From contig JALRDA010000131.1 in NCBI GenBank assembly GCA_023257145.1, positions 4,451 through 68,450 of the forward strand: a stretch of DNA of 64,000 nucleotides, read 5' to 3'. This DNA is from Candidatus Saccharimonadia bacterium. Its GTDB lineage: Bacteria; Patescibacteriota; Saccharimonadia; Saccharimonadales; Saccharimonadaceae. Under the pieces are notes generated by a model that was not told the origin of the DNA, ran no database searches, and saw nothing but the letters and a program-made list of their open reading frames with translations. Within the stretch, counting starts at the first letter, position 1. The number at the start of each line of letters is the position of its first letter. Positions 35,750-45,493 of the stretch are shown here, in pieces. The position numbers and the translations under genes were made by a program.

Positions 35750-36626
35750 AAAGGGACTAGGGCGTGGATTTGATTCGTTAATTCCAACAGAACTGTTGGA
35801 CGAGTCGTTTGATCCAACCGCTGCGCAGGATGATCAGGTCAGCGACTTGCGGCACATCAAACTATCTGAGATATCTGCAGACCCAGATCAGCCGCGCCGT
35901 CATTTCGACGAGCTAGGCCTGGAGGAATTATCAGCATCTATCAAAGAGCATGGTATATTGCAGCCGATTGTTGTCACGCCTAAACATGGTGGCTATCAGA
36001 TTGTCGCTGGTGAGCGTCGCTACCGCGCTGCAAAGATGGCGGGACTAGAGAAAGTGCCGGCACTTGTACGCACATTAAGTGATCAGCACAAGTTAGAGCT
36101 ATCGTTAATTGAAAATCTACAGCGACGTGATCTTAATGTTCTAGAGACGGCGACTGCTTATCTAAAACTTCGCGATCAATTTAATTTGACACTTGATCAA
36201 ATTGGTCAGCGCGTTGGTGGTAAGTCGGTGAGTGCGGTGAGCAATACGCTACGGTTATTGCGACTACCAGAATCGGTCCGTAAGGCGCTTGTTGAGGGAA
36301 AGCTTCGTGAAGGTCAGGCTCGCCCATTGGTCAATATTGATCCAGCTATCATCGAAGAGGTTTTGCCACAGATTCTCAAAGAAGAGTGGAGTGCCCGTAA
36401 GATCGAACAGTTTATCGTACAGTTAAAAAAGACACCGCAGTTAGCTGACCCAGCTAAAAAACAAAAGATCGATCAGCAACCATACGAAGATACGACAAAG
36501 CGCCTCGTGCAGCGACTAGCGACTGACGTGAGCGTCAAGACAAACGCTAAGGGTGCTGGTCAGATTATTATTCGTTTCAAGAGCGACGATGAGTTTAAGC
36601 GCTTGGAACAATTGCTGAATCAATAA
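35733..36626 (+). CDS. parB: Chromosome partitioning protein ParB/Spo0J
   Basis: Motifs GLGRGFDSLI, PDQPRR.F, GILQPIVV, VAGERRYRAA and an HTH region are present. The gene overlaps the end of parA. Confidence 0.92.
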   Translation: MSVSVKKGLGRGFDSLIPTELLDESFDPTAAQDDQVSDLRHIKLSEISADPDQPRRHFDELGLEELSASIKEHGILQPIVVTPKHGGYQIVAGERRYRAAKMAGLEKVPALVRTLSDQHKLELSLIENLQRRDLNVLETATAYLKLRDQFNLTLDQIGQRVGGKSVSAVSNTLRLLRLPESVRKALVEGKLREGQARPLVNIDPAIIEEVLPQILKEEWSARKIEQFIVQLKKTPQLADPAKKQKIDQQPYEDTTKRLVQRLATDVSVKTNAKGAGQIIIRFKSDDEFKRLEQLLNQ

Positions 36627-36640
36627 GGCAGATCAGTTAA

Positions 36641-36676
36641 AAAATAACACACAGACGACGCCTGTGTGTTATTTTA
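36641..36676. terminator. Bidirectional terminator between parB and lepB
   Basis: The stem aataacacacag/ctgtgtgttatt is flanked by an A-run and a T-run. Confidence 0.7.
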
Positions 36677-36690
36677 ATTTTGAAATTAGT

Positions 36691-37290
36691 TTAGAATGTT
36701 CGAATGCCTGTGAATGGGAAGATGCGGAATTTGACTGGACCAACGATATCGTAATAAGGGATGAATCCTAGTCCACTGCGTGAGTCATATGAATAATCAC
36801 CTTGGCGATGATCACCTGCGACAAACAGTGCACCGTCGGAAACAATTGTATCGACATTGCCGCTCGTTGGTGAGGTTGGCTCGCTGTTGTGTGAATCATC
36901 AGGATGGATGCCTTCGGGGTGTGCGTCGTTATAGACGGTCATTGTGCCATCTTTGACGACAACGCGCTCGCCGGGAAAGGCGATAACTCGTTTAACGATA
37001 TATTCATCGCCAGTCCCAACGTTGTAGCGCGGGTTTTTAAAGACGATTACTTGGCCACGTTCAGGGATGTAAGGTTTGTTTTGTAGCTGCGCCCATGTTG
37101 CTGGTAAGCGGCTGACGATTAGGCGATCGCCTGTGTACATCGTTGGCTCCATGCTCGGGCCGACAACATTAAAGCTACGAAAAATGAATGCATTAATTAA
37201 GACAGTGCCTATCAAAACGCAGGCAATAAACACGAGTATGCCAACTGTGTCTTTAATAAAGGGGTGTCGTTGTAAAAATGAGGCTTCCAC
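36691..37290 (-). CDS. lepB: Signal peptidase I (LepB type)
   Basis: Motifs GPSMEPTM, VKRVIAFPGERV and GDHRQGDYSYDSR are present, with an N-terminal TM helix. Confidence 0.9.
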   Translation of the reverse strand: MEASFLQRHPFIKDTVGILVFIACVLIGTVLINAFIFRSFNVVGPSMEPTMYTGDRLIVSRLPATWAQLQNKPYIPERGQVIVFKNPRYNVGTGDEYIVKRVIAFPGERVVVKDGTMTVYNDAHPEGIHPDDSHNSEPTSPTSGNVDTIVSDGALFVAGDHRQGDYSYDSRSGLGFIPYYDIVGPVKFRIFPFTGIRTF

Positions 37291-37395
37291 TATTTCTTAC
37301 TATAGCATGCTTTAGAAACTATATAAATGTAATCATGTTTATGGTTTTTATGGTTCAAAAATGATAGCAAATCCAGTATAGTAGAATGAGAATTT

Positions 37396-39066
37396 ATGAA
37401 ACCACAACGACACTCAATCGACGGATTTGTTCCACGCCGAGCTGGTAGCACTTTGGGCGAACAACACCCCTCACAGGCAGGTGACCTTCGTCGCCGACAT
37501 GCTCAGCAGGTAGGCGGACTACAGCGACCGGCTGCTCAATCAAGTGCTTCAACTGCGACAGTGCAGCAAGGTTCTGCTCCGTTACGCTACAGTGACCGTG
37601 GACTTGCGAGACGTGATATCGACGAGTCTCTCAGTAGCATTGGCGATGCCGCACCCGAAGTACCTAAAAAGCGCAAATGGTTATTCCGAAAAAAAGCGGC
37701 AGCCTTGCCAGCTCGAACGGGCAAGCGTCGCTGGGTGAAGTGGGCGATTATTGCCGCTGTTATACTGCTCGGACTTTTAGGTGGCTGGCTGGCCTATAAG
37801 ACAATTAATGCCAGCGGTAATATATTTAAGGGCAATATCCTTGGTTTAATTCAAAGTCAGCCCTTAAAGCAAGACCAAAATGGACGCAGTAACATCCTTG
37901 TACTGGGCACATCGGAAGATGACCCAGGGCATGGTGGGGCATTTTTGACCGACTCGATGATGATTGTGAGCATTGATCAAAAGAACAAGACGACTACTAT
38001 GTTTAGCATTCCTCGTGATCTGTATGTCAAATACGGCATGGCGTGTAATAGTGGTTATGCGGGTAAGATTAATGAATACTTTAACTGTGTAAACGAAGAT
38101 TACACCTCTGCAGAGGCAGAGCAGGAGCGTATTACAAAGACACGTGAATTTATCGGCGATATTTTTGGCATGGATATTCAGTATGGTGTTCATGTAAATA
38201 ATACTGTCATCAAGGATGCGGTAGATGCAGTTGGCGGAGTGGACGTTGATGTGCAGGGGAGTAACGGTGATCCTGGCGTACTTGACCGAAATTTTGACTG
38301 GCGCTGTAATTATAAGTGTAATCTGGTGAAGTACGATAACGGCGTTCATCACTTAGACGGCGAGCATGCGCTATTCCTTGCTATGGCGCGCGGTAGTACC
38401 GAACCGACATACGGACTTGGTAATTCTAACTTTGACCGCGAGAAAAACCAGCAAAAGATTATTATCGCGCTGAAGGAAAAAGCAGTGAGTACCGGGACGT
38501 TGACTGATCTTGGAAAGGTTACTGGATTAATCGATAGTCTTGGGAACAATCTGCGCACTAACTTTGAAACCAGCGAGATTCGTACGTTGATGACACTAGG
38601 GTCTGAAATATCTTCATCAAATATCAACTCAATTAATCTCTACGGCGGTGAGGATGCGGTGTTTGTCAGTGGCCCATACGGTGGGGCAAGTGTCGTTATG
38701 CCTGCTGCGGGTATCTTCAATTACTCGGAAATTCGCACGCATCTCAAACAAAAACTAAGCACCGATCCAGTGACTCGTGAGGGTGCAAAAATTATTGTTC
38801 TTAATGGATCGGGTGTTGCTGGGGTTGCTCAAACAGAGGCCGATAAGCTGACTGAATCTGGCTTTATCGTATCAGATGTCGGTAATGCGCCAGATGGAAC
38901 ATACGCGAGTGTAGAAATATATAAGGTTGGCGAGGGTATGAGTGGAACAAAAGCGCGCCTAGAATCCAACTTCAACGTCAAAGTCAAAACAACTGCACCG
39001 CCACTTACGGTTTCGCAGGATACAAACTTTGTAATTGTGATTGGCGAAGACCGTTCATCAAACTAA
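37396..39066 (+). CDS. LytR-CpsA-Psr (LCP) family cell-envelope phosphotransferase with a LytR_C domain
   Basis: It has an Arg-rich cytoplasmic tail, a TM helix, the motifs NILVLGTSEDDP..TDSMMIVSID....T..SIPRDLYV, and a C-terminal region KIIVLNGSGVAGVA..EADKL. Confidence 0.88.
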   Translation: MKPQRHSIDGFVPRRAGSTLGEQHPSQAGDLRRRHAQQVGGLQRPAAQSSASTATVQQGSAPLRYSDRGLARRDIDESLSSIGDAAPEVPKKRKWLFRKKAAALPARTGKRRWVKWAIIAAVILLGLLGGWLAYKTINASGNIFKGNILGLIQSQPLKQDQNGRSNILVLGTSEDDPGHGGAFLTDSMMIVSIDQKNKTTTMFSIPRDLYVKYGMACNSGYAGKINEYFNCVNEDYTSAEAEQERITKTREFIGDIFGMDIQYGVHVNNTVIKDAVDAVGGVDVDVQGSNGDPGVLDRNFDWRCNYKCNLVKYDNGVHHLDGEHALFLAMARGSTEPTYGLGNSNFDREKNQQKIIIALKEKAVSTGTLTDLGKVTGLIDSLGNNLRTNFETSEIRTLMTLGSEISSSNINSINLYGGEDAVFVSGPYGGASVVMPAAGIFNYSEIRTHLKQKLSTDPVTREGAKIIVLNGSGVAGVAQTEADKLTESGFIVSDVGNAPDGTYASVEIYKVGEGMSGTKARLESNFNVKVKTTAPPLTVSQDTNFVIVIGEDRSSN

Positions 39067-39095
39067 GCTGATAAGTGCTATAATAAAGATTGATT

Positions 39096-39875
39096 ATGGA
39101 GTTTCTAAAGTCATCTAAACGACGCTCGTTGGTGAGCGAGCTAGTATATATCGCCTTGAATGTGGCATTTGCTGTGACCATTTTAATTGTTGTTTTAGCG
39201 GTTAATTCGCCGCTACCAGCCTTTGCCTTGGTGCTACTGAGTAAGTGGCGTATCCTTGCAGTGCGTCCTCGATATTGGTTTGTAAACATCCAAACAAATC
39301 TTGTCGATATTATCTTTAGTCTTAGTATTGTCATATTGCTGTATTCAGCTGGTGGCGCAATCGGGGTCCAAATACTGCTTACTGCACTATATATCGCGTG
39401 GCTACTGTATGTTAAGCCAAAGTCGAAGCGGATGTTCGTGGCAATACAGGCTGGCGCAGCGATATTTTTCGGCGTGACTGCACTGATGATCGTATCGTAC
39501 GACTGGATTGCTTCGATTGTTGTTCTTGCGATGTGGCTAATTGGATATAGCGCAGCTCGACATGTTGTGAGTAGCTACGACGAACCGCATACATCGTTTT
39601 ATAGCTTGACCTGGGGATTTTTATTCGCCGAGTTGGGGTGGCTTGGGTACCACTGGACATTTGCCTATACATTGCCGGGCGCAGGTGATATAAAACTGTC
39701 GCAGATTGCGTTGATCGCACTGGCTATTAGTTTCGTGTCAGAGCGTGCATACCAAAGTTACGTGAAACATGGATCAATTCGCTCGAACGATATTATTATG
39801 CCGGCGTTACTGTCAGGTAGTGTGATTCTCATTCTTTTGACATTATTTAACACAATCAGCACGGGTGCAATTTAA
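39096..39875 (+). CDS. Hypothetical polytopic membrane protein
   Basis: About 7 hydrophobic helices are evident. I recognise no family motif. Confidence 0.5.
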   Translation: MEFLKSSKRRSLVSELVYIALNVAFAVTILIVVLAVNSPLPAFALVLLSKWRILAVRPRYWFVNIQTNLVDIIFSLSIVILLYSAGGAIGVQILLTALYIAWLLYVKPKSKRMFVAIQAGAAIFFGVTALMIVSYDWIASIVVLAMWLIGYSAARHVVSSYDEPHTSFYSLTWGFLFAELGWLGYHWTFAYTLPGAGDIKLSQIALIALAISFVSERAYQSYVKHGSIRSNDIIMPALLSGSVILILLTLFNTISTGAI

Positions 39876-39916
39876 TTTTCAGGAATATATAAGTTTTATA
39901 CGCTAGCATAAAGGAG

Positions 39917-41152
39917 ATGAAAAATATGGATCCTAACCCAACACCTGAATCAAAAAAATCACTTCCTCCTGTGGTAACCCACGCTGATATACAGCAGCCG
40001 GTCGAGAACTCTTATGTGCCACCCAAAACTAAGAAGCCATTCCGCTACGGTCGCATCGCTGCAACGGTGGCGATTGCGGGTATCGTGGGGCTTGCTGCAG
40101 GCTATGGCGGCGCAAAGCTAGCTGGTTCAACAAGCGATCAATATTCTTCACGGCTAACGAGTGGCGTTGACGGTAATAAAATCGTCACCCAAGAAGAAGA
40201 AAACATCTCGAGTGTTGTCTCTAAAGTATCCCCGAGTGTGGTTTCAATTATCACCCAGTCGCAGTCGTCGAATTTTTACTTTGGTAATGCAACAGAAGAG
40301 GGTGCAGGTACGGGTATTATTGTTAGTAAAGACGGCTACGTCATGACGAACAAGCATGTGATTAATGGCGCCAGTACAGTTGGGATTGCGTTAGCGGATG
40401 GGACGACATATTCCGATGTAAAAGTACTGGGATCAGACCCGCTGAACGATGTTGCATTCCTAAAAATCCCCGATGTAAATAATTTGCCGGCAGCTGAGCT
40501 TGGTGATTCTACCTCGATTCGAGTAGGACAGAAGGTAATTGCCATCGGTAACTCACTTGGCCAATATCAAAACACTGTGACGAGCGGTATCGTTTCTGGT
40601 ACGGGACGGCCTGTCTCAGCACAGGCGGGCAGTCAAGTAGAGACGCTTACTGACTTAATCCAAACGGATGCAGCGATCAACCCGGGAAATTCCGGCGGTC
40701 CACTGTTGAATTTGCAGGGGCAAGTCATCGGTATTAATACAGCAATTGCAGCAGATGCCCAGGGTATTGGATTCTCAATTCCAATTGGTGCAACCAAAGG
40801 CATTTTGAAGGGTGTATTAGAAGGGAAAGGTGTACAGCGGGCGTATCTAGGCATTAATTATGTGCCGTTGACGGCGGATGTTGCTGAATTCTATAAACTA
40901 TCGGTCAAGAAGGGCGCATACGTATTTAACGGTGAAGGTAAGACGGCGGTTGCTGAAGGTAGCCCAGCTGCAGACGCCGGCATTAAAGACAAAGACATCG
41001 TGACAAAAGTGGGTGATATCGAAGTTGGTGATCGAGGGAGTGTTTCGAGTCTAGTGGCTGAATATGCACCTGGAGATACGATTAAATTGACTGTCCTGCG
41101 TGACGGTAAGACGTTGACGCTTGACGCCAAGCTTACCGCTTTCAAAAGCTAG
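39917..41152 (+). CDS. htrA: HtrA/DegP-family serine protease with a PDZ domain
   Basis: The catalytic triad contexts TNKHVI, NDVAFLKI and GNSGGPLLN are present, with an N-terminal TM helix and a C-terminal PDZ domain. Confidence 0.9.
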   Translation: MKNMDPNPTPESKKSLPPVVTHADIQQPVENSYVPPKTKKPFRYGRIAATVAIAGIVGLAAGYGGAKLAGSTSDQYSSRLTSGVDGNKIVTQEEENISSVVSKVSPSVVSIITQSQSSNFYFGNATEEGAGTGIIVSKDGYVMTNKHVINGASTVGIALADGTTYSDVKVLGSDPLNDVAFLKIPDVNNLPAAELGDSTSIRVGQKVIAIGNSLGQYQNTVTSGIVSGTGRPVSAQAGSQVETLTDLIQTDAAINPGNSGGPLLNLQGQVIGINTAIAADAQGIGFSIPIGATKGILKGVLEGKGVQRAYLGINYVPLTADVAEFYKLSVKKGAYVFNGEGKTAVAEGSPAADAGIKDKDIVTKVGDIEVGDRGSVSSLVAEYAPGDTIKLTVLRDGKTLTLDAKLTAFKS

Positions 41153-41171
41153 GGCGATAATTAGTCTTAAA

Positions 41172-41200
41172 AAATAAGATGCCAATTCGGCATCTTATTT
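41172..41200. terminator. Bidirectional terminator between htrA and prmC
   Basis: The stem ataagatgcc/ggcatcttat with a 5-nt loop is flanked by an A-run and a T-run. Confidence 0.7.
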
Positions 41201-42046
41201 TTTAAGAACGACGATAAGCCCTTCGACCTTATAAAGTGTGAATCCATGCTCCTTTGCGGTCTGAATAATTGCCGCATGTTGCCGAGGGTCAGCTTCGAGT
41301 AGCAAATAGCCACCGGAGTTTAAGTGTGAGGGTGCTTGCTCAATCAACTTGTTAATAAGTGCTAGGCCATCATCATCAGCAAAGAGGGCGAGGGCAGGCT
41401 CAAATTTAGTCTCTGGTGAACGATCCCATTCTGGATCAACGTAAGGTAAATTGGCAACAATATATTCCGCCTGGAACGGGTAGGCGGCAAGGAGATCGCT
41501 ACGGGTAAGTGTCACGTTTGCATGGAGCCATTTTGCATTTGTCTCGGCAATTTTCAATGCATGGCGGCTGACATCCAGCAGCGTTACATCCAATTCAGGG
41601 ATTTCGAGTTTTGCTGAAATGCCCAGACAGCCTGTGCCAGTTCCAACATCAACAAGGCGAAGCGGCTTTCCGTCCAAGCTTAAAGTTGATTGGGCCGTCA
41701 GCTCCTTTAAGATAGTAATAATTGTTTCGGACTCGGGTCGAGGAATGAGCGTCGCGGGATTAACGCGAAACAGCCGGCCGTAAAATTCTTTGTGACCGAC
41801 GATATAGGCAACGGGCGTCCGGTCGAGTCGTAACTGCAATCGTGCGTCAGCGATCTCAAGACGACGCGGAGTGAGTAGCTCGTCGTCGTGCGCATGCAAA
41901 TACGTCCGTGTTTCGCGCAAGGTGTGCGCGAGGATTATTTCCGCATCGAGCTTGGCTGAACTAATCCCGGCCGCTGTCAGGGCGCTGGTTGCTGTTTGCA
42001 GCCAGTCTTTAATTGCTGGCGCTTTTAGCGGCAAGTTCTCGTTCAT
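41195..42046 (-). CDS. prmC: Release-factor glutamine N5-methyltransferase
   Basis: The SAM motif VDVGTGTGC and the NPPY-type motif NLPYV are present. The gene overlaps the end of prfA. Confidence 0.9.
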   Translation of the reverse strand: MNENLPLKAPAIKDWLQTATSALTAAGISSAKLDAEIILAHTLRETRTYLHAHDDELLTPRRLEIADARLQLRLDRTPVAYIVGHKEFYGRLFRVNPATLIPRPESETIITILKELTAQSTLSLDGKPLRLVDVGTGTGCLGISAKLEIPELDVTLLDVSRHALKIAETNAKWLHANVTLTRSDLLAAYPFQAEYIVANLPYVDPEWDRSPETKFEPALALFADDDGLALINKLIEQAPSHLNSGGYLLLEADPRQHAAIIQTAKEHGFTLYKVEGLIVVLKK

Positions 42047-43079
42047 ACGCCTGTAGATGCTCGATTAAATCATCAATTGATCCATTCATCGCTTGGGGAA
42101 TGCTACTGCGCGAATAGCCGATGCGGTGGTCGGTAATGCGGTCTTGTGGGAAGTTATAGGTGCGGATCTTTTCACTCCGGTCGCCACTACCAATAAGGCT
42201 GCGCCGTTCAGCGGCAAGCTTTGATTGTTCTTCGTCGATCTTTGCCTGTAGTAGGCGGGCGCGAAGGACGCTCATCGCTTTTTCTTTGTTTTTGATCTGC
42301 GACTTCTCGTCCTGGTTGGTAACAACGAGGCCGGTTGGAAGGTGGGTGATGCGCACGGCACTGTCGGTTGTATTGACCGATTGGCCGCCGTGGCCACCAG
42401 CGCGATAGACATCAATCTTTAGGTCGTTTGCGTTGATCTCGATATCGGTCTCTTGTGCTTCCGGAAGAACGGCAACAGTAACGGTACTGGTGTGGATGCG
42501 TCCTTGAGATTCTGTCGCTGGAACACGCTGAACGCGGTGGACGCCAGACTCGAATTTTAACTGCGCGTAGGGCATGTCACCCTTGACGCTAAACACTACT
42601 TCCTTGTATCCACCAGTATCATTGGCACTTTCGGACATATGCTCGGTTTTTAGACTGTGCATTTCGCAGTAACGTAGATACATACGGTACAGTTCGGCCG
42701 CAAAAAGGCTTGCTTCATCACCGCCGGCTCCGGCGCGAATTTCGATAATAACATTCTTTTCATCGTTGGGGTCTTTTGGCGCCAACATAATGAACAGTTC
42801 ATCCTCTAGAGTGGCGAGTTTTTCGGTCGTCTCGGTAACTTCCATCTTTGCTAGCTCGGCGAGCTCATCGCCACCGCCTTGTAGTTCTTTTGCTTCAGCT
42901 AGTTGCGCTTCGAGTGTTTTACGCAGATGAGCTTTTTCAAGAATTGTTTCTAACTCGGTGAAGCGTTTGTTTTTGCTACTAAAGTCAGAATCGGTATAAG
43001 CGTTCGGCGATGCTAAAAAATCAGCCAAGCCGGCTTTTTCGGTAGTGAGCTCGTCGATGTTTAAGCTGATCTTTGGCAT
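42009..43079 (-). CDS. prfA: Peptide chain release factor 1
   Basis: The PAT tripeptide context (RVPATES) and the GGQ motif (GGHGGQSVN) are present. Confidence 0.95.
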   Translation of the reverse strand: MPKISLNIDELTTEKAGLADFLASPNAYTDSDFSSKNKRFTELETILEKAHLRKTLEAQLAEAKELQGGGDELAELAKMEVTETTEKLATLEDELFIMLAPKDPNDEKNVIIEIRAGAGGDEASLFAAELYRMYLRYCEMHSLKTEHMSESANDTGGYKEVVFSVKGDMPYAQLKFESGVHRVQRVPATESQGRIHTSTVTVAVLPEAQETDIEINANDLKIDVYRAGGHGGQSVNTTDSAVRITHLPTGLVVTNQDEKSQIKNKEKAMSVLRARLLQAKIDEEQSKLAAERRSLIGSGDRSEKIRTYNFPQDRITDHRIGYSRSSIPQAMNGSIDDLIEHLQAYERELAAKSASN

Positions 43080-43158
43080 GTCGTTTACGCTTTCTCCTTC
43101 TTATTATATTGTAACAAAAAAGAGACTACGAAGATGCAGTCTCTTTTTTGTAAGGGTG

Positions 43159-43479
43159 CTATTGCTCAGCTTTGGCAGCTTTTTTAGCAGCGGCTTTTTT
43201 AGCTTTGCTTGCAAGTGCTTCTTTGCGAGCTTCTGCAGCGGCAAATTTCGCCTTGAAGCGATCGACGCGACCTTCGGTGTCGATAATGCGCTCTTCACCA
43301 GTAAAGAATGGGTGAGAGGCTGATGAGATGTGGACTTTGACGAGTGGGTACTCGCTGCCATCTTCCCATTTAATAGTTTCGTTGGTCTGCGCAGTAGACT
43401 GTGTCAAGAACGCAAACCCAGCCACGTCATCGCTAAATACGACGGGACGGTAATCGGTTGGGTGTATAGTGCTTTTCAT
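43159..43479 (-). CDS. rpmE: 50S ribosomal protein L31 (type B, no CxxC) with a Lys/Ala-rich C-terminal tail
   Basis: The sequence [16 protein letters not shown]........S.....ETI.W.DG.EYP...V.ISS.SHPFFTG is typical of L31. The tail is [31 protein letters not shown]. Confidence 0.85.
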   Translation of the reverse strand: MKSTIHPTDYRPVVFSDDVAGFAFLTQSTAQTNETIKWEDGSEYPLVKVHISSASHPFFTGEERIIDTEGRVDRFKAKFAAAEARKEALASKAKKAAAKKAAKAEQ

Positions 43480-43549
43480 ATCTGTACTAGTATAGCTGAT
43501 CTAACGGGGATTGTCAAAGGGGTTCAGTTGAGTCTACATCATCGCCGTG

Positions 43550-43588
43550 TCAAAAAAGTAAAACGCCCGCACGTATTTCAGTGCGGGC
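43550..43588 (-). terminator. Intrinsic terminator of the 43617-43883 gene
   Basis: The stem gcccgcac/gtgcgggc with an 8-nt loop is followed on the minus strand by a U-rich run (gtttacttttttga). Confidence 0.55.
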
Positions 43589-43616
43589 AACCGTTCTCGG
43601 TCAGCGAGACTGACTC

Positions 43617-43883
43617 CTAGTTGCCTGTGATTGGCCACCTAATGTTACTGTGAGCATCGGGACATGACTCGGCAACAACAGATTCGAGGGCCTCAAGTTG
43701 CTCTGGGTTTAGGCTGTCGACTAGTTCCTGTAGTAGGAGGGGGTTGTGTAAGCTGCGTGCTAGTTGGCGTCCGATCAGGTTTGCTTCGACGCATTCAGCC
43801 ACGCTTGGCCGTCTTGTTTTGGCCCTTAGCGCGCCAATGATACTTCTAATCATTACCATGCTCCATTTTCTCGAAGGTGTCAT
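43617..43883 (-). CDS. Small hypothetical protein
   Basis: ORF with its own terminator and no recognisable motif. Confidence 0.35.
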   Translation of the reverse strand: MTPSRKWSMVMIRSIIGALRAKTRRPSVAECVEANLIGRQLARSLHNPLLLQELVDSLNPEQLEALESVVAESCPDAHSNIRWPITGN

Positions 43884-44065
43884 TTATATTATAACACCAT
43901 TAACACTGTTGTGCAAGTTACGGCCATCATAACGGTGAGGCTAGCTCTGGACAGGGGTTGAATGTTTTGCTATACTACAACGGTAACAATTTTTAATGAC
44001 ACAACCGATCCGCATACTTCTGACACACTCAGAGCGGACGGCGAGGAAACAAGGAGTAAACAATT

Positions 44066-44785
44066 ATGGCAGTAGATGTCGATATTAAAGCTTTGCTCGA
44101 AGCTGGTGTCCACTTTGGACACAAAACGAGCCGTTGGCACCCTAAAATGGCACCTTACATTCACAGTAAGCGCCAGGACAGCCACATCATTGACCTAACA
44201 AAGACGGTTGAAGGTCTTGATAAAGCACTTCCATTCCTTACGAAAGTAGCCGCAAGTGGCAAACAAGTACTTTTCGTAGGTACAAAGAAGCAAGCTAAGG
44301 ATATCGTCCGCACAGCTGCTGAAAAAGCAAACCAACCATTCGTTACTGAACGATGGGTTGGCGGTATGCTTACAAACGTTAACACTGTTAACCAGCAGAT
44401 CAAGAAACTAAAAGATCTTGAAAAGCGAATGACAAGCGGTGACCTTGAAAAGCGCTATAACAAGCTAGAAGTACAGCGCTTCCAGGAAGAAATCGATGAA
44501 CTGAACGTTAAATACGGTGGTATCAAGAACCTAAACGGCAAGCCAGGCGCTATCGTTGTGGTTGATGTCATTACTGATGCAAATGCTGTCAAAGAAGCAA
44601 AGACACTTGGCGTGCCAGTTGTTGGTCTTGTTGACACAAACGCAAACCCAAGCGAAATTGACTACGTCGTTCCAGGTAATGATGATGCAATCAAGGGCGT
44701 ACAACTACTACTTGATTACTTTACCGCTGCAGTTGCAGAAGGCGCAGGCGTACAAAAACCAGCTGATAAATCTGAGGAGAAATAA
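44066..44785 (+). CDS. rpsB: 30S ribosomal protein S2
   Basis: The sequences LLEAGVHFGH.TSRW.PKM..YI, FVGTKKQA and ERW.GGMLTN are typical of S2. Confidence 0.95.
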   Translation: MAVDVDIKALLEAGVHFGHKTSRWHPKMAPYIHSKRQDSHIIDLTKTVEGLDKALPFLTKVAASGKQVLFVGTKKQAKDIVRTAAEKANQPFVTERWVGGMLTNVNTVNQQIKKLKDLEKRMTSGDLEKRYNKLEVQRFQEEIDELNVKYGGIKNLNGKPGAIVVVDVITDANAVKEAKTLGVPVVGLVDTNANPSEIDYVVPGNDDAIKGVQLLLDYFTAAVAEGAGVQKPADKSEEK

Positions 44786-44788
44786 ACG

Positions 44789-45385
44789 ATGGGCATATTA
44801 ATCGAAGATATCAAGAAGCTAAAAGAACTGACTGGTATTGGCTTGACTGATGCCAAGGCTGCACTTGTTGAAGCTGATGGTGATTTTGATAAAGCACTTG
44901 AAGCGATGCGTAAAAAAGGTCTGACAAAGGCAGAGAAGAAGGGCGATCGTGAAACTCGCGAGGGAATCATTGATAGCTACGTTCACTCAAACCGCATCGG
45001 TGTTATTGTCGAAGTAAACTGTGAAACTGACTTTGTCGCTCGTCTTGATGACTTCAAAGAGCTTGCACACCAGATGGCTATGCAGATCGCTGCGATGGCG
45101 CCACAGTATGTTTCAGAAGAAGACATCCCAGCGGAAGAAGTAGAGCGCGTTAAAGCTGAACTACTTGCAAGCGAAGATCTTCAAAAGAAGCCAGAAGATA
45201 TGCGTGAGAAGATCGTTGAAGGTCAGCTAAAGAAGCACTTTGCAGAAAAAGTACTTCTTAGTCAATCGTTTATCCTTGATGACAGCATGACTGTTGAAGG
45301 ACGTATCAAAGAGCAAATCGCAAAAAGTGGTGAAAACATCCGTGTTAGCCAGTTCAAGCGAATTGAACTTGGTGTAAACGAATAA
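44789..45385 (+). CDS. tsf: Translation elongation factor Ts (short form)
   Basis: The sequences IKKLKELTG.GL.DAK.AL.E..GD.DKA...MRKKG and G.I.SYVH...RIGV.VE.NCETDFVA are typical of EF-Ts. Confidence 0.93.
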   Translation: MGILIEDIKKLKELTGIGLTDAKAALVEADGDFDKALEAMRKKGLTKAEKKGDRETREGIIDSYVHSNRIGVIVEVNCETDFVARLDDFKELAHQMAMQIAAMAPQYVSEEDIPAEEVERVKAELLASEDLQKKPEDMREKIVEGQLKKHFAEKVLLSQSFILDDSMTVEGRIKEQIAKSGENIRVSQFKRIELGVNE

Positions 45386-45409
45386 ATTAAACCTTGTTTG
45401 TTAGTGAAA

Positions 45410-45434
45410 GAGTCGGCCTCGTGCCGGCTCTTTT
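45410..45434 (+). terminator. Intrinsic terminator after tsf
   Basis: The stem gagtcggc/gccggctc (one G-U pair) with a 5-nt loop is followed by tttt. Confidence 0.65.
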
Positions 45435-45493
45435 ATTGACTTTTTATAGTTTTTATGCTTAAATTATTATAGACATTATTTAAAATAAACAAT

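Noticed and set aside
34890-36700. A parS site (TGTTNCACGTGAAACA) near parA-parB.
   Set aside because: I scanned the parAB flanks and genes by eye and found no full 16-bp palindrome. Only a half-site-like tgttccacg occurs at about 37430. A proper pattern search is needed before calling anything.
37864-38352. A 162-aa minus-strand ORF inside the LCP gene.
   Set aside because: It is antisense to a gene with clear LCP motifs, and its Ile/Thr/Asn-rich composition is junk-like.
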